NCBI GenBank assembly: GCA_964016885.1
Contig: OZ024743.1
Span: 206,398,001-206,462,000 of the forward strand
From: Eledone cirrhosa
Lineage: Eukaryota
Direction of reading: 5' to 3'
Length of the DNA: 64,000 nucleotides
The translations under genes and the position numbers were made by a program. The notes beneath the pieces were generated by a model. It searched no databases, was not told where the DNA came from, and saw only the letters and a list, made by a program, of their open reading frames with translations. Shown here piece by piece: positions 15,001 through 29,890 of this stretch. Every line of letters begins with the position of its first letter. The first letter of the stretch is position 1.

Positions 15001-18000
15001 AAATTATCTCCCCTTGGAGGCTGGAATTTATCTCCCCTTGGACGGCTGGAAATTATCTCCCCTTGGACGGCTAGAAATTACCTCTCCTTGGACGGCTGGA
15101 AATTATCTCCCCTTGAACGGCTGGAAATTATCTCCCCTTGGACGGCTGGAAATTATCTCCCCTTGGACGGCTGGAAATTACCTCTCCTTGGACGGCTGGA
15201 AATTATCTCCCCTTGGACGGCTGGAAATTATCTCCCCTTGGACGGCTGGAAATTATTTCCCCTTGATTTTTTTTACAAATTATCTCCCCCTGATTTTTTT
15301 TACAAATATCCCCCTAATTTAAAAAAAAATTATCTCCCCTTCGCTGGCTGGAAATTATCTCCCTTTGGACGGCTGGAAATTATAGCTGCTTGTAGGGCTG
15401 GAAATTATCTCCCCTTGGACGGCTGGAAATTATCTCCCCTTCATTTTTTTACTAATTATCTCCCCCTGATTTTTTTTTACAAATTATCTCCGCCTGATTT
15501 TAAAAAAAAAATTATCTCCCCTTGGCTGGATGGAAATTTTCTCCCCTTGGACGGCTGGAAATTATCTCCCCTTTATGTCTTCTACAAATTATCTACCCCT
15601 GATTTTTTTTTTACAAATTATCTCTCCCTGATTTTTTTTACAAATATCTCCCCTTGGCTGGCTGGAAATTATCTCCCCTTGGACGGCTGGAAATTATCTC
15701 CCCTTGGACGCCTAGAAATTACCTCTCCTTGGACAGCTGTAAATTATCTCCCCTTGGACGGCTGGAAATTATCTCGCCTTGGACGGCTGGAAATTATCTC
15801 CCCTTGATTTTGTATACAAATTATCTCCCCCTGATTTTTTTTTACAAATTATCTGCCCCTGATTATTTATTTTACAAATTAGCTCCGCCTGATTTTTTTT
15901 TAAAATTATCTCCCCTTGGACGGCTGGAAATTATCTCCCCTTGGACGGCTGGAAATTATCTCCCCTTGATTTTTTACAAATTATCTCCCCCTGATTTTTT
16001 TTTTACAAATTATCTCCCCCTGATTTTTTTTTACAAATTATCTCCCCCTGTTTTTTTTTACAAATTATTTCACCCTGATTTTTTTACAAATTATCTCCCC
16101 CTGATTTTTTTTACAAATTATCTCCGCCTGATTTTTTTAAATATGATCTTCCCTTGGCTGGCGGAAAATTATCTCCCCTTGGACGCCTGGAAATTATCTC
16201 CCCTTGGAAGGATGGAAATTATCTCCCCTTGGACGGCTGGAAATTATCTCCCCTTGCACTGCTGGAAATTATCTCCCCTTGGACGGCTGGAAATTATCTG
16301 CCCTTGATTTTGATTTTACAAATTATCTTCCCCTGATTTTTTTTACAAATTATTTCCACCTGATTTTTAAAAAAATTATCTCCCCTTGGACGGCTGGAAA
16401 TTATCTCCCCTTGGCTGGAAATTATCTCCCCTTGGCTGGAAATCATCTCCCCTTGGACGATTAGAAATTATCTCTCTTTGGACGGCTGGAAATTATCTCC
16501 CCTTGATTTTTTTTACAAATTATCTCCCCCTGATTTTTTTTACAAATCTCCCAGTGATTTTTTTAAAAAAATTATCTCCCCTTCGCTGGCTGGAAATTAT
16601 CTCCCCTTGGACGCTGGAAATTATAGCCCCTTGGAGGGCTGGAAGTTATCTTCCCTTGGAGGGCTGGAAATTATCTTCCCTTGGACGGCTGGAAATTATC
16701 TCCCCTTGATTTTTTTTACAAATTATCTCCCCCTGATTTTTTTTTACAAATTATCTCCCCCTGATTTTTTTTTTACCAATTATCTCCACCTGATTTTTTT
16801 AAAAATTATTTCCCCTTGGACGGCTGGAAATTATCTCCCCTTGGACGGCTGGAAATTATCTCCCCTTGGACGGCTAGAAATTACCTCTCCTTGGACGGCT
16901 GAAAATTATCTCCCCTTGGACGGCTGGAAATTATCTCCCCTTGATTTTTTTTACAAATTATCTCCCCCTGATTTTTTTTTACAAATTATCTCCCCCTGAT
17001 TTTTTTTTACAAATTATCTTTCCCTGATTTTTTTTTACAAATTATCTCCTGATTTTTTTTACAAATTATCTCCCCTTGGCTGGCTGGAAATTATCTCCCC
17101 TTGGAGGCTGGAAATTATCTCCCCTTGGACGGCTAGAAATTACCTCTCCTTGGACGGCTGGAAATTATCTGCCCTTGGACGGCTGGAAATTATCTCTCCT
17201 TGGACGGCTGGAAATTATCTGCCCTTGGACGGCTGGAAATTATATCCCCTTGGACGGCTGGAAATTATTTCCCCTTGATTTTTTTTACAAATTATCTCCC
17301 CCTGATTTTTTTTTACAAATCTCCACCTAATTTAAAAAAAAATTATCTCCCCTTCGCTGGCTGGAAATTATCTTCCTTTGGACGGTTGGAAATTATAGCC
17401 GCTTGTAGGGCTGGAAATTATCTCCCCTTGGACGGCTGGGAATTATCTCCCCTTGATTTTTTTACTAATTATCTCACCCTGATTTTTTTTTACAAATTAT
17501 CTCCGCCTCATTTTTTAAAAAAAATTATCTCCCCTTGGCTGGATGGAAATTATCTCCCCTTGGACGGCTGGAAATTATCTCCCATTGATTTCTTCTACAA
17601 ATTATCTACCCCTGATTTTTTTTTACAAATTATCTCTCCCTGATTTTTTTTTACAAATATCTCCCCTTGGCTGGCTGGAAATTATCTCCCGTTGGCTGGC
17701 TGGAAATTATCTCCCCTTGGACGGCTGGAAATTATCTCCCATTGATTTTTTTTACAAATTATCTCCCCTTGGCTGGCTGGAAATTATCTCCCCTTGGCTG
17801 GCTGGAAATTATCTCCCCCTGATATTTTTTTACAAATTAGCTCCCCCTGATTTTTTTTTACAAATTATCTCCCCCTGATTTTTTTTTTTACAAATTATCT
17901 CCGCCTGATTTTTTTAAGATTATCTCCCCTTGGCTGGATGGAAATTATCTCCCCTTGGACGGCTGGAAATTATCTCCCCTTGGAAGGATGGAAATTATCT

Positions 18001-21000
18001 CCCCTTGGACGGCTGGAAATTATCTCCCCTTGCACGGCTGGAAATTATGTTCCCTTGGACGGCTAGAAATTACCTCTCCTTGGACGGCTGAAAATTATCT
18101 CCCCTTGGACGGCTGGAAATTATCTCCCCCTGATTTTTTTTACAAATTATCTCTCCTTGCATGGCTGGAAATTATCTCCCCTTGGACGGCTGGAAATTAT
18201 CTGCCCTTGATTTTGTTTTTACAAATTATCTCCCCCTGATTTTTTTTACAAATTATCTCCACCTGATATTTAAAAAAATTATCTCCCCTTGGACGAATGG
18301 AAATTATCTCCCCTTGGCTGGAAATTATCTCCCCTTGGACGATTAGAAATTATCTCTCTTTGGACGGCTGGAAATTATCTCCCCTTGATTTTTTTTACAA
18401 ATTATCTCCCCCTGATTTTTTTTACAAATCTCCCAGTGATTTTTTAAAAAAAATTATCTCCCCTTCGCTGGCTGGAAATTACCTCCCCTTGGACGCTGGA
18501 AATTATAGCCCCTTGGAGGGCTGGAAATTATCTTCCCTTGGACGGCTGGAAATTATCTCCCCTTGATTTTTTTACATATTATCACCCCTGATTTTTTTTT
18601 ACAAATTATCTCCCCCTGATTTTTTTTACAAATTATCTCCCCCTGATTTTTTTACAAATTATCTCCCCTTGGCTGGGTGGAAATTATCTCCCCTTGGAGG
18701 CTGGAATTTATCTCCCCTTGGACGGCTGGAAATTATCTCCTCTTGGACGGCTAGAAATTATCTCCCCTTGAACGGCTGGAAATTATCTCCCCTTGGACAG
18801 CTGGAAATTATCTCCCCTTGGAAGGATGGAAATTATCTCCCCTTGGACGGCTGGAAATTATCTCCCCTTGCACGGCTGGAAATTATCTTCCCTTGGACGG
18901 CTAGAAATTACCTTTCCTTGGACGGCTGAAAATTATCTCCCCTTGGAGTCTGGAAATTATCTCCCCCTGATTTTTTTTACAAATTATCTCCCCTTGCACG
19001 GCTGGAAATTATCTCCCCTTGGACGGCTGGAAATTATCTGCCCTAGATTTTGTTTTTACAAATTATCTCCCCCTGATTTTTTTTACAAATTATCTGCCCC
19101 TGATTTTTTTTTTACAAATTATCTCCGCCTGATTTTTTTTAAAAATTATCTCCCCTTGGACGGCTGGAAATTATCTCCCCTTGGACGGCTGGAAATTATC
19201 TCCCCTTGATTTTTTTACAAATTATCTCCCCCTGATTTTTTTTTTACAAATTATCTCCGCCTGATTTTTTTAAAAAATTATCTCCCCTTGGACGGCTAGA
19301 AATTATCTCCCCTTGGACGGCTGGAAATTATCTCCCCTTGATTTTTTTTTCCAAATTATCTCCCCCTGATTTTTTTTTACAAATTATCTACCCCTGATTT
19401 TTTTTTACAAATTATCTCCCCCTGATTTTTTTTACAAATTATCTCCCCCTAATTTTTTTTTACAAATTATCTCCCCCCGATTTTTTTACAAATTATCTCC
19501 CCCTGATTTTTTTAACAAATTATCTCCGCCTGATTTTTTAAAGTATTATCTTCCCTTGGCTGGCGGGAAATTATCTCCCCTTGGACGGCTGGAAATTATC
19601 TCCCCTTGGAAGGATGGAAATTATCTCCCCTTGGAACGGCTGGAAATTATCTCCCCTTGCACTGCTGGAAATTATCTCCCCTTGGACGGCTGGAAATTAT
19701 CTGCCCTTGATTTTGTTTTTACAAATTATCTTCCCCTGATTTTTTTTACAAATTATCTCCACCTGATTTTTTAAAAAATTATCTCCCCTTGGACGGCTGG
19801 AAATTATCTCCCCTTGGCTGGAAATTATCTCCCTTTGGCTGGCTGGAAATTATCTCCCCCTGATATTTTTTTACAAATTAGCTCCCCCTGATTTTTTTTT
19901 ACAAATTATCTCCCCCTGATTTTTTTCACAAATTATCTCCCCCTGATTTTTTTTACAAATTATCTCCTCTGATTTAAAAAAAAAAATTATCTCCCCTTGG
20001 ACGGCTGGAAATTATCTCCCCTTGGACGGCTGGAAATTATCGCCCCCTGATTTGTTTTAACAAATTATCTCCACCTGATTTTTTTACAAATCATCTCCGC
20101 CTGATTTTTTAAAAAAATTATCTCCCTTGGCTTGCTGGAAATTATCTCCCCTTGGACGGCTATAAATTATCTCTCCTTCGACGGCTGGAAATTATCTCCA
20201 CTTGATTTTTTTACAAATTATCTCCCCGTGATTTTTTTTTACCAATCTACCCCTGATTTAAAAAAAAAAATTATCTCCCCTTCGCTGGCTGGAAATTATC
20301 TCCCCTTGGACGGCTGGAAATTATCTCCCCTTGATTTTTTTTACAAATTATCTCCCCCTGATTTTTTTTTACAAATTATCTCCCCCTGATTTTTTTTTTT
20401 ACAAATTATCTCCGCCAGATTTTTTTAAAATTATCTCTCCTTGGCTGGATGGAAATCATCTCCCCCTGATTTTTTTTACAAATTATCTCCCCTTGCACGG
20501 CTGGAAATTATCTCCCCTTGGACGGCTGGAAATTATCTCCCGTTGGCTGCAAATTATCTCCCCTTGGACGGCTAGAAATTACCTCTCTTTGGACGGCTGG
20601 AAATTATCTCCCCTTGATTTTTTTTACAAATTATCTCCCCCTGATTTTTTTTACAAATCTCCCAGTGATTTTTTAAAAAAAATTATCTCCCCTTCGCTGG
20701 CTGGAAATTATCTCCCCTTGGACGCTGGAAATTATAGCCCCTTGGAGGGCTGGAAATTATCTTCCCTTGGACGGCTGGAAATTATCTCCCCTTGATTTTT
20801 TTTACATATTATCTCCCCCTGATTTTTTTTTACAAATTATGTCCCCGATTTTTTTCTACAAATTATCTCCCCCTGATTTTTTTTTTACAAATTATCTCCG
20901 CCTGATTTTTAAAAAAAAATTATCTCCCCTTGGACGGCTGGAAATTATCTCCCCTTGGACGGCTGGAAATTATCTCCCCTAGGACGGCTAGAAATTACCT

Positions 21001-24000
21001 CTCCTTGGACGGCTGAAAATTATCTCCCCTTGGACGGCTGGAAATTATCTGCCCTTGATTTTGTTTTTACAAATTATCTTCCCCTGATTTTTTTACAAAT
21101 TATCTCCACCTGATTTTTAAAAAAATTATCTCCCCTTGGACGGCTGGAAATTATCTCCCCTTGGCTGGAAATTATCTCCCCTTGGACGGCTAGAAATTAT
21201 CTCTCTTTGGACGGCTGGAAATTATCTCCCCTTGATTTTTTTTACAAATTATCTCCCCCTGATTTTTTTTACAAATCTCCCAGTGATTTTTAAAAAAAAA
21301 TTATCTCCCCTTCGCTGGCTGGAAATTATCTCCCCTTGGACGCTGGAAATTATAGCCCCTTGGAGGGCTGGAAGTTATCTTCCCTTGGAGGGCTGGAAAT
21401 TATCTTCCCTTGGACGGCTAGAAATTACCTCTCCTTGGACGGCTGAAAATTATCTCTCCTTGGACGGCTGGAAATTATCTCCCCTTGATTTTTTTTACAA
21501 ATTATCTCCCCCTGATTTTTTTTTCAAATTATCTCCCCCTGATTTTTTTTTTACAAATTATCTCCCCTTGGACGGCTGGAAATTATCTCCCCTTGGACGG
21601 CTAGAAATTACCTCTCCTTGGACGGCTGAAAATTATCTCCCCTTGGACGGCTGGAAATTATCTCCCCTTTATGTCTTCTACAAATTATCTACCCCTGATT
21701 TTTTTTTACAAATTATCTCTGCCTGATTTTTTTTACAAATATCTCCCCTTGGTTGGCTGGAAATTATCTCCCCTTGGCTGGCTGGAAATTATCTCCACTT
21801 GGACGGCTGGAAATTATCTCCCCTTGGACGCCTAGAAATTACCTCTCCTTGGACAGCTGTAAATTATCTCCCCTTGGACGGCTGGAAATTATCTCGCCTT
21901 GGACGGCTGGAAATTATCTCCCCTTGATTTTGTATACAAATTATCTCCCCCTGATTTTTTTTTACAAATTATCTGCCCCTGATTATTTTTTTACAAATTA
22001 GCTCCGCCTGATTTTTTAAAAAAATTATCTCCCCTTGGACGGCTGGAAATTATCTCCCCTTGGACGGCTGGAAATTATCTCCCCTTGAACGGCTAGAAAT
22101 TACCTCTCCTTGGACGGCTGAAAATTATCTCTCCTTGGACGGCTGGAAATTATCTCCCCTTGATTTTTTTACAAATTATCTCCCCCTGATTTTTTTTTAC
22201 AAATTATCTACCCCTGATTTTTTTTTCCAAATTATCTCCCCCTGATTTTTTTTTTACAAATTATCTCCCCCTGATTTTTTTTACAAATATCTCCCCTTGG
22301 CTGGCTGGAAATTATCTCCCCTTGGACGGCTGGAAATTATCTCCCCTTGGACGCCTAGAAATTACCTCTCCTTGGACAGCTGTAAATTATCTCCCCTTGG
22401 ACGGCTGGAAATTATCTCGCCTTGGACGGCTGGAAATTATCTCCCCTTGATTTTGTATACAAATTATCTCCCCCTGATTTTTTTTTACAAATTATCTGCC
22501 CCTGATTATTTATTTTACAAATTAGCTCCGCCTGATTTTTTTTAAAAATTATCTCCCCTTGGACGGCTGGAAATTATCTCCCCTTGGACGGCTGGAAATT
22601 ATCTCCCCTTGGACGGCTGGAAATTATCTCCCCTTGATTTTTTTACAAATTATCTCCCCCTGATTTTTTTTTTACAAATTATCTCCCCCTGATTTTTTTT
22701 TACAAATTATCTCCCCCTGTTTTTTTTTACAAATTATTTCACCCTGATTTTTTTACAAATTATCTCCCCCTGATTTTTTTACAAATTATCTCCGCCTGAT
22801 TTTTTTAAATATGATCTTCCCTTGGCTGGCGGAAAATTATCTCCCCTTGGACGCCTGGAAATTATCTCCCCTTGGAAGGATGGAAATTATCTCCCCTTGG
22901 ACGGCTGGAAATTATCTCCCCTTGCACTGCTGGAAATTATCTCCCCTTGGACGGCTGGAAATTATCTGCCCTTGATTTTGATTTTACAAATTATCTTCCC
23001 CTGATTTTTTTTACAAATTATTTCCACCTGATTTTTTAAAAAATTATCTCCCCTTGGACGGCTGGAAATTATCTCCCCTTGGCTGGAAATTATCTCCCCT
23101 TGGCTGGAAATTATCTCCCCTTGGACGATTAGAAATTATCTCTCTTTGGACGGCTGGAAATTATCTCCCCTTGATTTTTTTTACAAATTATCTCCCCCTG
23201 ATTTTTTTTACAAATCTCCCAGTGATTTTTTAAAAAAAATTATCTCCCCTTCGCTGGCTGGAAATTATCTCCCCTTGGACGCTGGAAATTATAGCCCCTT
23301 GGAGGGCTGGAAGTTATCTTCCCTTGGAGGGCTGGAAATTATCTTCCCTTGGACGGCTGGAAATTATCTCCCCTTGATTTTTTTTACAAATTATCTCCCC
23401 CTGATTTTTTTTTACAAATTATCTCCCCCTGATTTTTTTTTTACCAATTATCTCCACCTGATTTTTTTAAAAATTATTTCCCCTTGGACGGCTGGAAATT
23501 ATCTCCCCTTGGACGGCTGGAAATTATCTCCCCTTGGACGGCTAGAAATTACCTCTCCTTGGACGGCTGAAAATTATCTCCCCTTGGACGGCTGGAAATT
23601 ATCTCCCCTTGATTTTTTTTACAAATTATCTCCCCCTGATTTTTTTTTACAAATTATCTCCCCCTGATTTTTTTTTACAAATTATCTCCCCCTGATTTTT
23701 TTTTACAAATTATTTCCTGATTTTTTTTTACAAATTATCTCCCCTTGGCTGGCTGGAAATTATCTCCCCTTGGACGGCTAGAAATTACCTCTCCTTGGAC
23801 GGCTGGAAATTATCTGCCCTTGGACGGCTGGAAATTATCTCTCCTTGGACGGCTGGAAATTATCTGCCCTTGGACGGCTGGAAATTATCTGCCCTTGGAC
23901 GGCTGGAAATTATCTCTCCTTGGACGGCTGGAAATTATCTTCCTTTGGACGGTTGGAAATTATAGCCGCTTGTAGGGCTGGAAATTATCTCCCCTTGGAC

Positions 24001-27000
24001 GGCTGGGAATTATCTCCCCTTGATTTTTTTTACTAATTATCTCACCCTGATTTTTTTTTACAAATTATCTCCGCCTCATTTTTTAAAAAAAATTATCTCC
24101 CCTTGGCTGGATGGAAATTATCTCCCCTTGGACGGCTGGAAATTATCTCCCATTGATTTCTTCTACAAATTATCTACCCCTGATTTTTTTTTTACAAATT
24201 ATCTCTCCCTGATTTTTTTTTACAAATATCTCCCCTTGGCTGGCTGGAAATTATCTCCCGTTGGCTGGCTGGAAATTATCTCCCCTTGGACGGCTGGAAA
24301 TTATCTCCCATTGATTTTTTTTACAAATTATCTCCCCTTGGCTGGCTGGAAATTATCTCCCCTTGGCTGGCTGGAAATTATCTCCCCTTGGCTGGCTGGA
24401 AATTATCTCCCCCTGATATTTTTTTACAAATTAGCTCCCCCTGATTTTTTTTTACAAATTATCTCCCCCTGATTTTTTTTTTTACAAATTATCTCCGCCT
24501 GATTTTTTTAAAATTATCTCCCCTTGGCTGGATGGAAATTATCTCCCCTTGGACGGCTGGAAATTATCTCCCCTTGGAAGGATGGAAATTATCTCCCCTT
24601 GGACGGCTGGAAATTATCTCCCCTTGCACGGCTGGAAATTATCTTCCCTTGGACGGCTAGAAATTACCTCTCCTTGGACGGCTGAAAATTATCTCCCCTT
24701 GGACGGCTGGAAATTATCTCCCCCTGATTTTTTTTACAAATTATCTCCCCTTGCACGGCTGGAAATTATCTCCCCTTGGACGGCTGGAAATTATCTGCCC
24801 TTGATTTTGTTTTTACAAATTATCTCCCCCTTATTTTTTTTACAAATTATCTCCACCTGATATTTAAAAAAATTATCTCCCCTTGGACGGCTGGAAATTA
24901 TCTCCCCTTGGCTGGAAATTATCTCCCCTTGGACGATTAGAAATTATCTCTCTTTGGACGGCTGGAAATTATCTCCCCATGATTTTTTTTACAAATTATC
25001 TCCCCTTCGCTGGCTGGAAATTACCTCCCCTTGGACGCTGGAAATTATAGCCCCTTGGAGGGCTGGAAATTATCTTCCCTTGGACGGCTGGAAATTATCT
25101 TCCCTTGATTTTTTTTACATATTATCACCCCTGATTTTTTTTTACAAATTATCTCCCCCTGATTTTTTTAACAAATTATCTCCCCCTGATTTTTTTACAA
25201 ATTATCTCCCCTTGGCTGGGTGGAAATTATCTCCCCTTGGAGGCTGGAATTTATCTCCCCTTGGACGGCTGGAAATTATCTCCCCTTGGACGGCTAGAAA
25301 TTATCTCCCCTTGAACGGCTGGAAATTATCTCCCCTTGGACAGCTGGAAATTATCTCCCCTTGGAAGGATGGAAATTATCTCCCCTTGGACGGCTGGAAA
25401 TTATCTCCCCTTGCACGGCTGGAAATTATCTTCCCTTGGACGGCTAGAAATTACCTCTCCTTGGACGGCTGAAAATTATCTCCCCTTGGACGGCTGGAAA
25501 TTATCTCCCCCTGATTTTTTTTACAAATTATCTCCCCTTGGACGGCTGGAAATTATCTGCCCTTGATTTTGTTTTTACAAATTATCTCCCCCTGATTTTT
25601 TTTACAAATTATCTGCCCCTGATTTTTTTTTTACAAATTATCTCCGCCTGATTTTTTTTAAAAATTATCTCCCCCTGGACGGCTGGAAATTATCTCCCCT
25701 TGGACGGCTGGAAATTATCTCCCCTTGATTTTTTTACAAATATCTCCCCCTGATTTTTTTTTTACAAATTATCTCCGCCTGATTTTTTTTAAAAATTATC
25801 TCCCCTTGGACGGCTGGAAATTATCTCCCCTTGGACGGCTGGAAATTATCTCCCCTTGATTTTTTTTTCCAAATTATCTCCCCCTGATTTTTTTTTACAA
25901 ATTATCTACCCCTGATTTTTTTTTACAAATTATCTCCCCCTGATTTTTTTTACAAATTATCTCCCCCTGATTTTTTTTTTACAAATTATCTCCCCCCGAT
26001 TTTTTTACAAATTATCTCCGCCTGATTTTTTAAAGTATTATCTTCCCTTGGCTGGCGGGAAATTATCTCCCCTTGGACGGCTGGAAATTATCTCCCCTTG
26101 GAAGGATGGAAATTATCTCCCCTTGGACGGCTGGAAATTATCTCCCCTTGCACTGCTGGAAATTATCTCCCCTTGGACGGCTGGAAATTATCTGCCCTTG
26201 ATTTTGTTTTTACAAATTATCTTCCCCTGATTTTTTTTACAAATTATCTCCACCTGATTTTTTAAAAAATTATCTCCCCTTGGACGGCTGGAAATTATCT
26301 CCCCTTGGCTGGAAATTATCTCCCTTTGGCTGGCTGGAAATTATCTCCCCCTGATATTTTTTTACAAATTAGCTCCCCCTGATTTTTTTTTACAAATTAT
26401 CTCCCCCTGATTTTTTTCACAAATTATCTCCCCCTGATTTTTTTTACAAATTATCTCCTCTGATTTAAAAAAAAAAATTATCTCCCCTTGGACGGCTGGA
26501 AATTATCTCCCCTTGGACGGCTGGAAATTATCGCCCCCTGATTTGTTTTAACAAATTATCTCCACCTGATTTTTTTACAAATCATCTCCGCCTGATTTTT
26601 TAAAAAAATTATCTCCCTTGGCTTGCTGGAAATTATCTCCCCTTGGACGGCTATAAATTATCTCTCCTTCGACGGCTGGAAATTATCTCCACTTGATTTT
26701 TTTACAAATTATCTCCCCGTGATTTTTTTTTACCAATCTACCCCTGATTTAAAAAAAAAAATTATCTCCCCTTCGCTGGCTGGAAATTATCTCCCCTTGG
26801 ACGGCTGGAAATTATCTCCCCTTGATTTTTTTTACAAATTATCTCCCCCTGATTTTTTTTTACAAATTATCTCCCCCTGATTTTTTTTTTTACAAATTAT
26901 CTCCGCCTGATTTTTTTAAAATTATCTCTCCTTGGCTGGATGGAAATCATCTCCCCCTGATTTTTTTTACAAATTATCTCCCCTTGCACGGCTGGAAATT

Positions 27001-29690
27001 ATCTCCCCTTGGACGGCTGGAAATTATCTCCCGTTGGCTGCAAATTATCTCCCCTTGGACGGCTAGAAATTACCTCTCTTTGGACGGCTGGAAATTATCT
27101 CCCCTTGATTTTTTTTACAAATTATCTCCCCCTGATTTTTTTTACAAATCTCCCAGTGATTTTTAAAAAAAAATTATCTCCCCTTCGCTGGCTGGAAATT
27201 ATCTCCCCTTGGACGCTGGAAATTATAGCCCCTTGGAGGGCTGGAAATTATCTTCCCTTGGACGGCTGGAAATTATCTCCCCTTGATTTTTTTTACATAT
27301 TATCTCCCCCTGATTTTTTTTTACAAATTATCTCCCCGATTTTTTTCTACAAATTATCTCCCCCTGATTTTTTTTTTACAAATTATCTCCGCCTGATTTT
27401 TAAAAAAAAATTATCTCCCCTTGGACGGCTGGAAATTATCTCCCCTTGGACGGCTGGAAATTATCTCCCCTAGGACGGCTAGAAATTACCTCTCCTTGGA
27501 CGGCTGAAAATTATCTCCCCTTGGACGGCTGGAAATTATCTCCCCTTGATTTTTTTTAAAAATTATCTCCCTCTGATTTTTTTTTACAAATTATCTCCCC
27601 CTGATTTTTTTTTACAAATTATCTCCCCCTGATTTTTTTTTACAAATTATCTCCCCCTGATTTTTTTACAAATTATCTCCCCTTGGCTGGCTGGCAATTA
27701 TCTCCCCTTGGAGGCTGGAATTTATCTCCCCTTGGACGGCTGGAAATTATCTCCCCTTGGACGGCTAGAAATTACCTCTCCTTGTACGGCTGGAAATTAT
27801 CTCCCCTTGAACGGCTGGAAATTATCTCCCCTTGGACGGCTGGAAATTATCTCACCTTGGACGGCTGGAAATTACCTCTCCTTGGACGGCTGGAAATTAT
27901 CTCCCCTCGGACGGCTGGAAATTATCTCCCCTTGGACGGCTGGAAATTATTTCCCCTTGATTTTTTTTACAAATTATCTCCCCCTGATTTTTTTTTACAA
28001 ATCTCCCCCTAATTTAAAAAAAAATTATCTCCCCTTCGCTGGCTGGAAATTATCTCCCTTTGGACGGCTTGAAATTATAGCTGCTTGTAGGGCTGGAAAT
28101 TATCTCCCCTTGGACGGCTGGAAATTACCTCTCCTTGGACGGCTGAAAATTATCTCCCCTTGGACGGCTGGAAATTATCTCCCCCTGATTTTTTTTTACA
28201 AATTATCTCCGCCTGATTTTTTTTTAAAAATTATCTCCCCTTGGCTGGATGGAAATTTTCTCCCCTTGGACGGCTGGAAATTATCTCCCCTTTATGTTTT
28301 CTACAAATTATCTACCCCTGATTTTTTTTTTACAAATTATCTCTCCCTGATTTTTTTTACGAATATCTCCCCTTGGCTGGCTGGAAATTATCTCCCCTTG
28401 GCTGGCTGGAAATTATCTCCCCTTGGACGGCTGGAAATTATCTCCCCTTGGACGCCTAGAAATCACCTCTACTTGGACAGCTGTAAATTATCTCCCCTTG
28501 GACGGCTGGAAATTATCTCGCCTTGATTTTTTTTTCCAAATTATCTCCCCCTGATTTTTTTTTACAAATTATCTACCCCTGATTTTTTTTTACAAATTAT
28601 CTCCCCCTCATTTTTTTTACAAATTATCTCCCCCCGATTTTTTTACAAATTATCTCCCCCTGATTTTTTTTTTACAAATTATCTCCGCCTGATTTTTTTT
28701 TAAAATTATCTCCCCTTGGACGGCTGGAAATTATCTCCCCTTGATTTTTTTTTCCAAATTATCTCCCCCTGATTTTTTTTTACAAATTATCTACCCCTGA
28801 TTTTTTTTTACAAATTATCTCCCCCTCATTTTTTTTACAAATTATCTCCCCCTGATTTTTTTTTACAAATTATCTCCCCCCGATTTTTTTACAAATTATC
28901 TCCCCCTGATTTTTTTTACAAATAATCTCCGCCTGATTTTTTTTAATATTATCTTCCCTTGGCTGGCGGGAAATTATCTCCTCTTGGACGGCTGGAAATT
29001 ATCTCCCCTTGGAAGGATGGAAATTATCTCCCCTTGGACGGCTGGAAATTATCTCCCCTTGCACTGCTGGAAATTATCTCCCCTTGGACGGCTGGAAATT
29101 ATCTGCCCTTGATTTTGTTTTTACAAATTATCTTCCCCTGATTTTTTTACAAATTATCTCCACCTGATTTTAAAAAAAATTATCTCCCCTTGGACGGCTG
29201 GAAATTATCTCCCCTTGGCTGGAAATTATCTCCCCTTGGACGGCTAGAAATTATCTCTCTTTGGACGGCTGGAAATTATCTCCCCTTGATTTTTTTTACA
29301 AATTATCTCCCCCTGATTTTTTTTACAAATCTCCCAGTGATTTTTTAAAAAAAATTATCTCCCCTTCGCTGGCTGGAAATTATCTCCCCTTGGACGCTGG
29401 AAATTATAGCCCCTTGGAGGGCTGGAAGTTATCTTCCCTTGGAGGGCTGGAAATTATCTTCCCTTGGACGGCTAGAAATTACCTCTCCTTGGACGGCTGA
29501 AAATTATCTCCCCTTGGACGGCTGGAAATTATCTCCCCTTGATTTTTTTTACAAATTATCTCCCCCTGATTTTTTTTTACAAATTATCTCCCCCTGATTT
29601 TTTTTTTACAAATTATCTCCCCTTGGACGGCTGGAAATTATCTCCCCTTGGACGGCTGGAAATTATCTCCCCTTGGACGCCTAGAAATTA
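1..29690. repeat. Satellite DNA array of two monomer types (AAATTATCTCCCCTTGGACGGCTGG, 25 bp; AAATTATCTCCCCCTGA(T)nAC, ~26-29 bp) with higher-order repeats
   Basis: Both monomers are read directly throughout. Identical blocks of rare variants recur; for example, ORF-track starts 12/7640/16478/23146 and 610/8238/17076 mark near-identical sequence. The array runs off the window start and into the N gap. Confidence 0.97.
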
Positions 29691-29890
29691 NNNNNNNNNN
29701 NNNNNNNNNNNNNNNNNNNNNNNNNNNNNNNNNNNNNNNNNNNNNNNNNNNNNNNNNNNNNNNNNNNNNNNNNNNNNNNNNNNNNNNNNNNNNNNNNNNN
29801 NNNNNNNNNNNNNNNNNNNNNNNNNNNNNNNNNNNNNNNNNNNNNNNNNNNNNNNNNNNNNNNNNNNNNNNNNNNNNNNNNNNNNNNNNN
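29691..29890. other. Assembly gap (200 N)
   Basis: Run of exactly 200 N. The round size suggests a scaffolding join of unknown true length. Confidence 0.99.

Noticed and set aside
1-29690. Dozens of plus-strand ORFs with LEIISPWTAGNYLPLDGWKLSPLGR repeats
   Set aside because: Artefact: the 25-bp monomer has no plus-strand stop codon and cycles through all three frames, and variable T-tracts shift frame at random.
1-29690. CRISPR-like constant repeat plus variable spacer
   Set aside because: The spacers are only ~9-13 bp and of two recurring kinds rather than unique; there are no cas genes and the context is eukaryotic.
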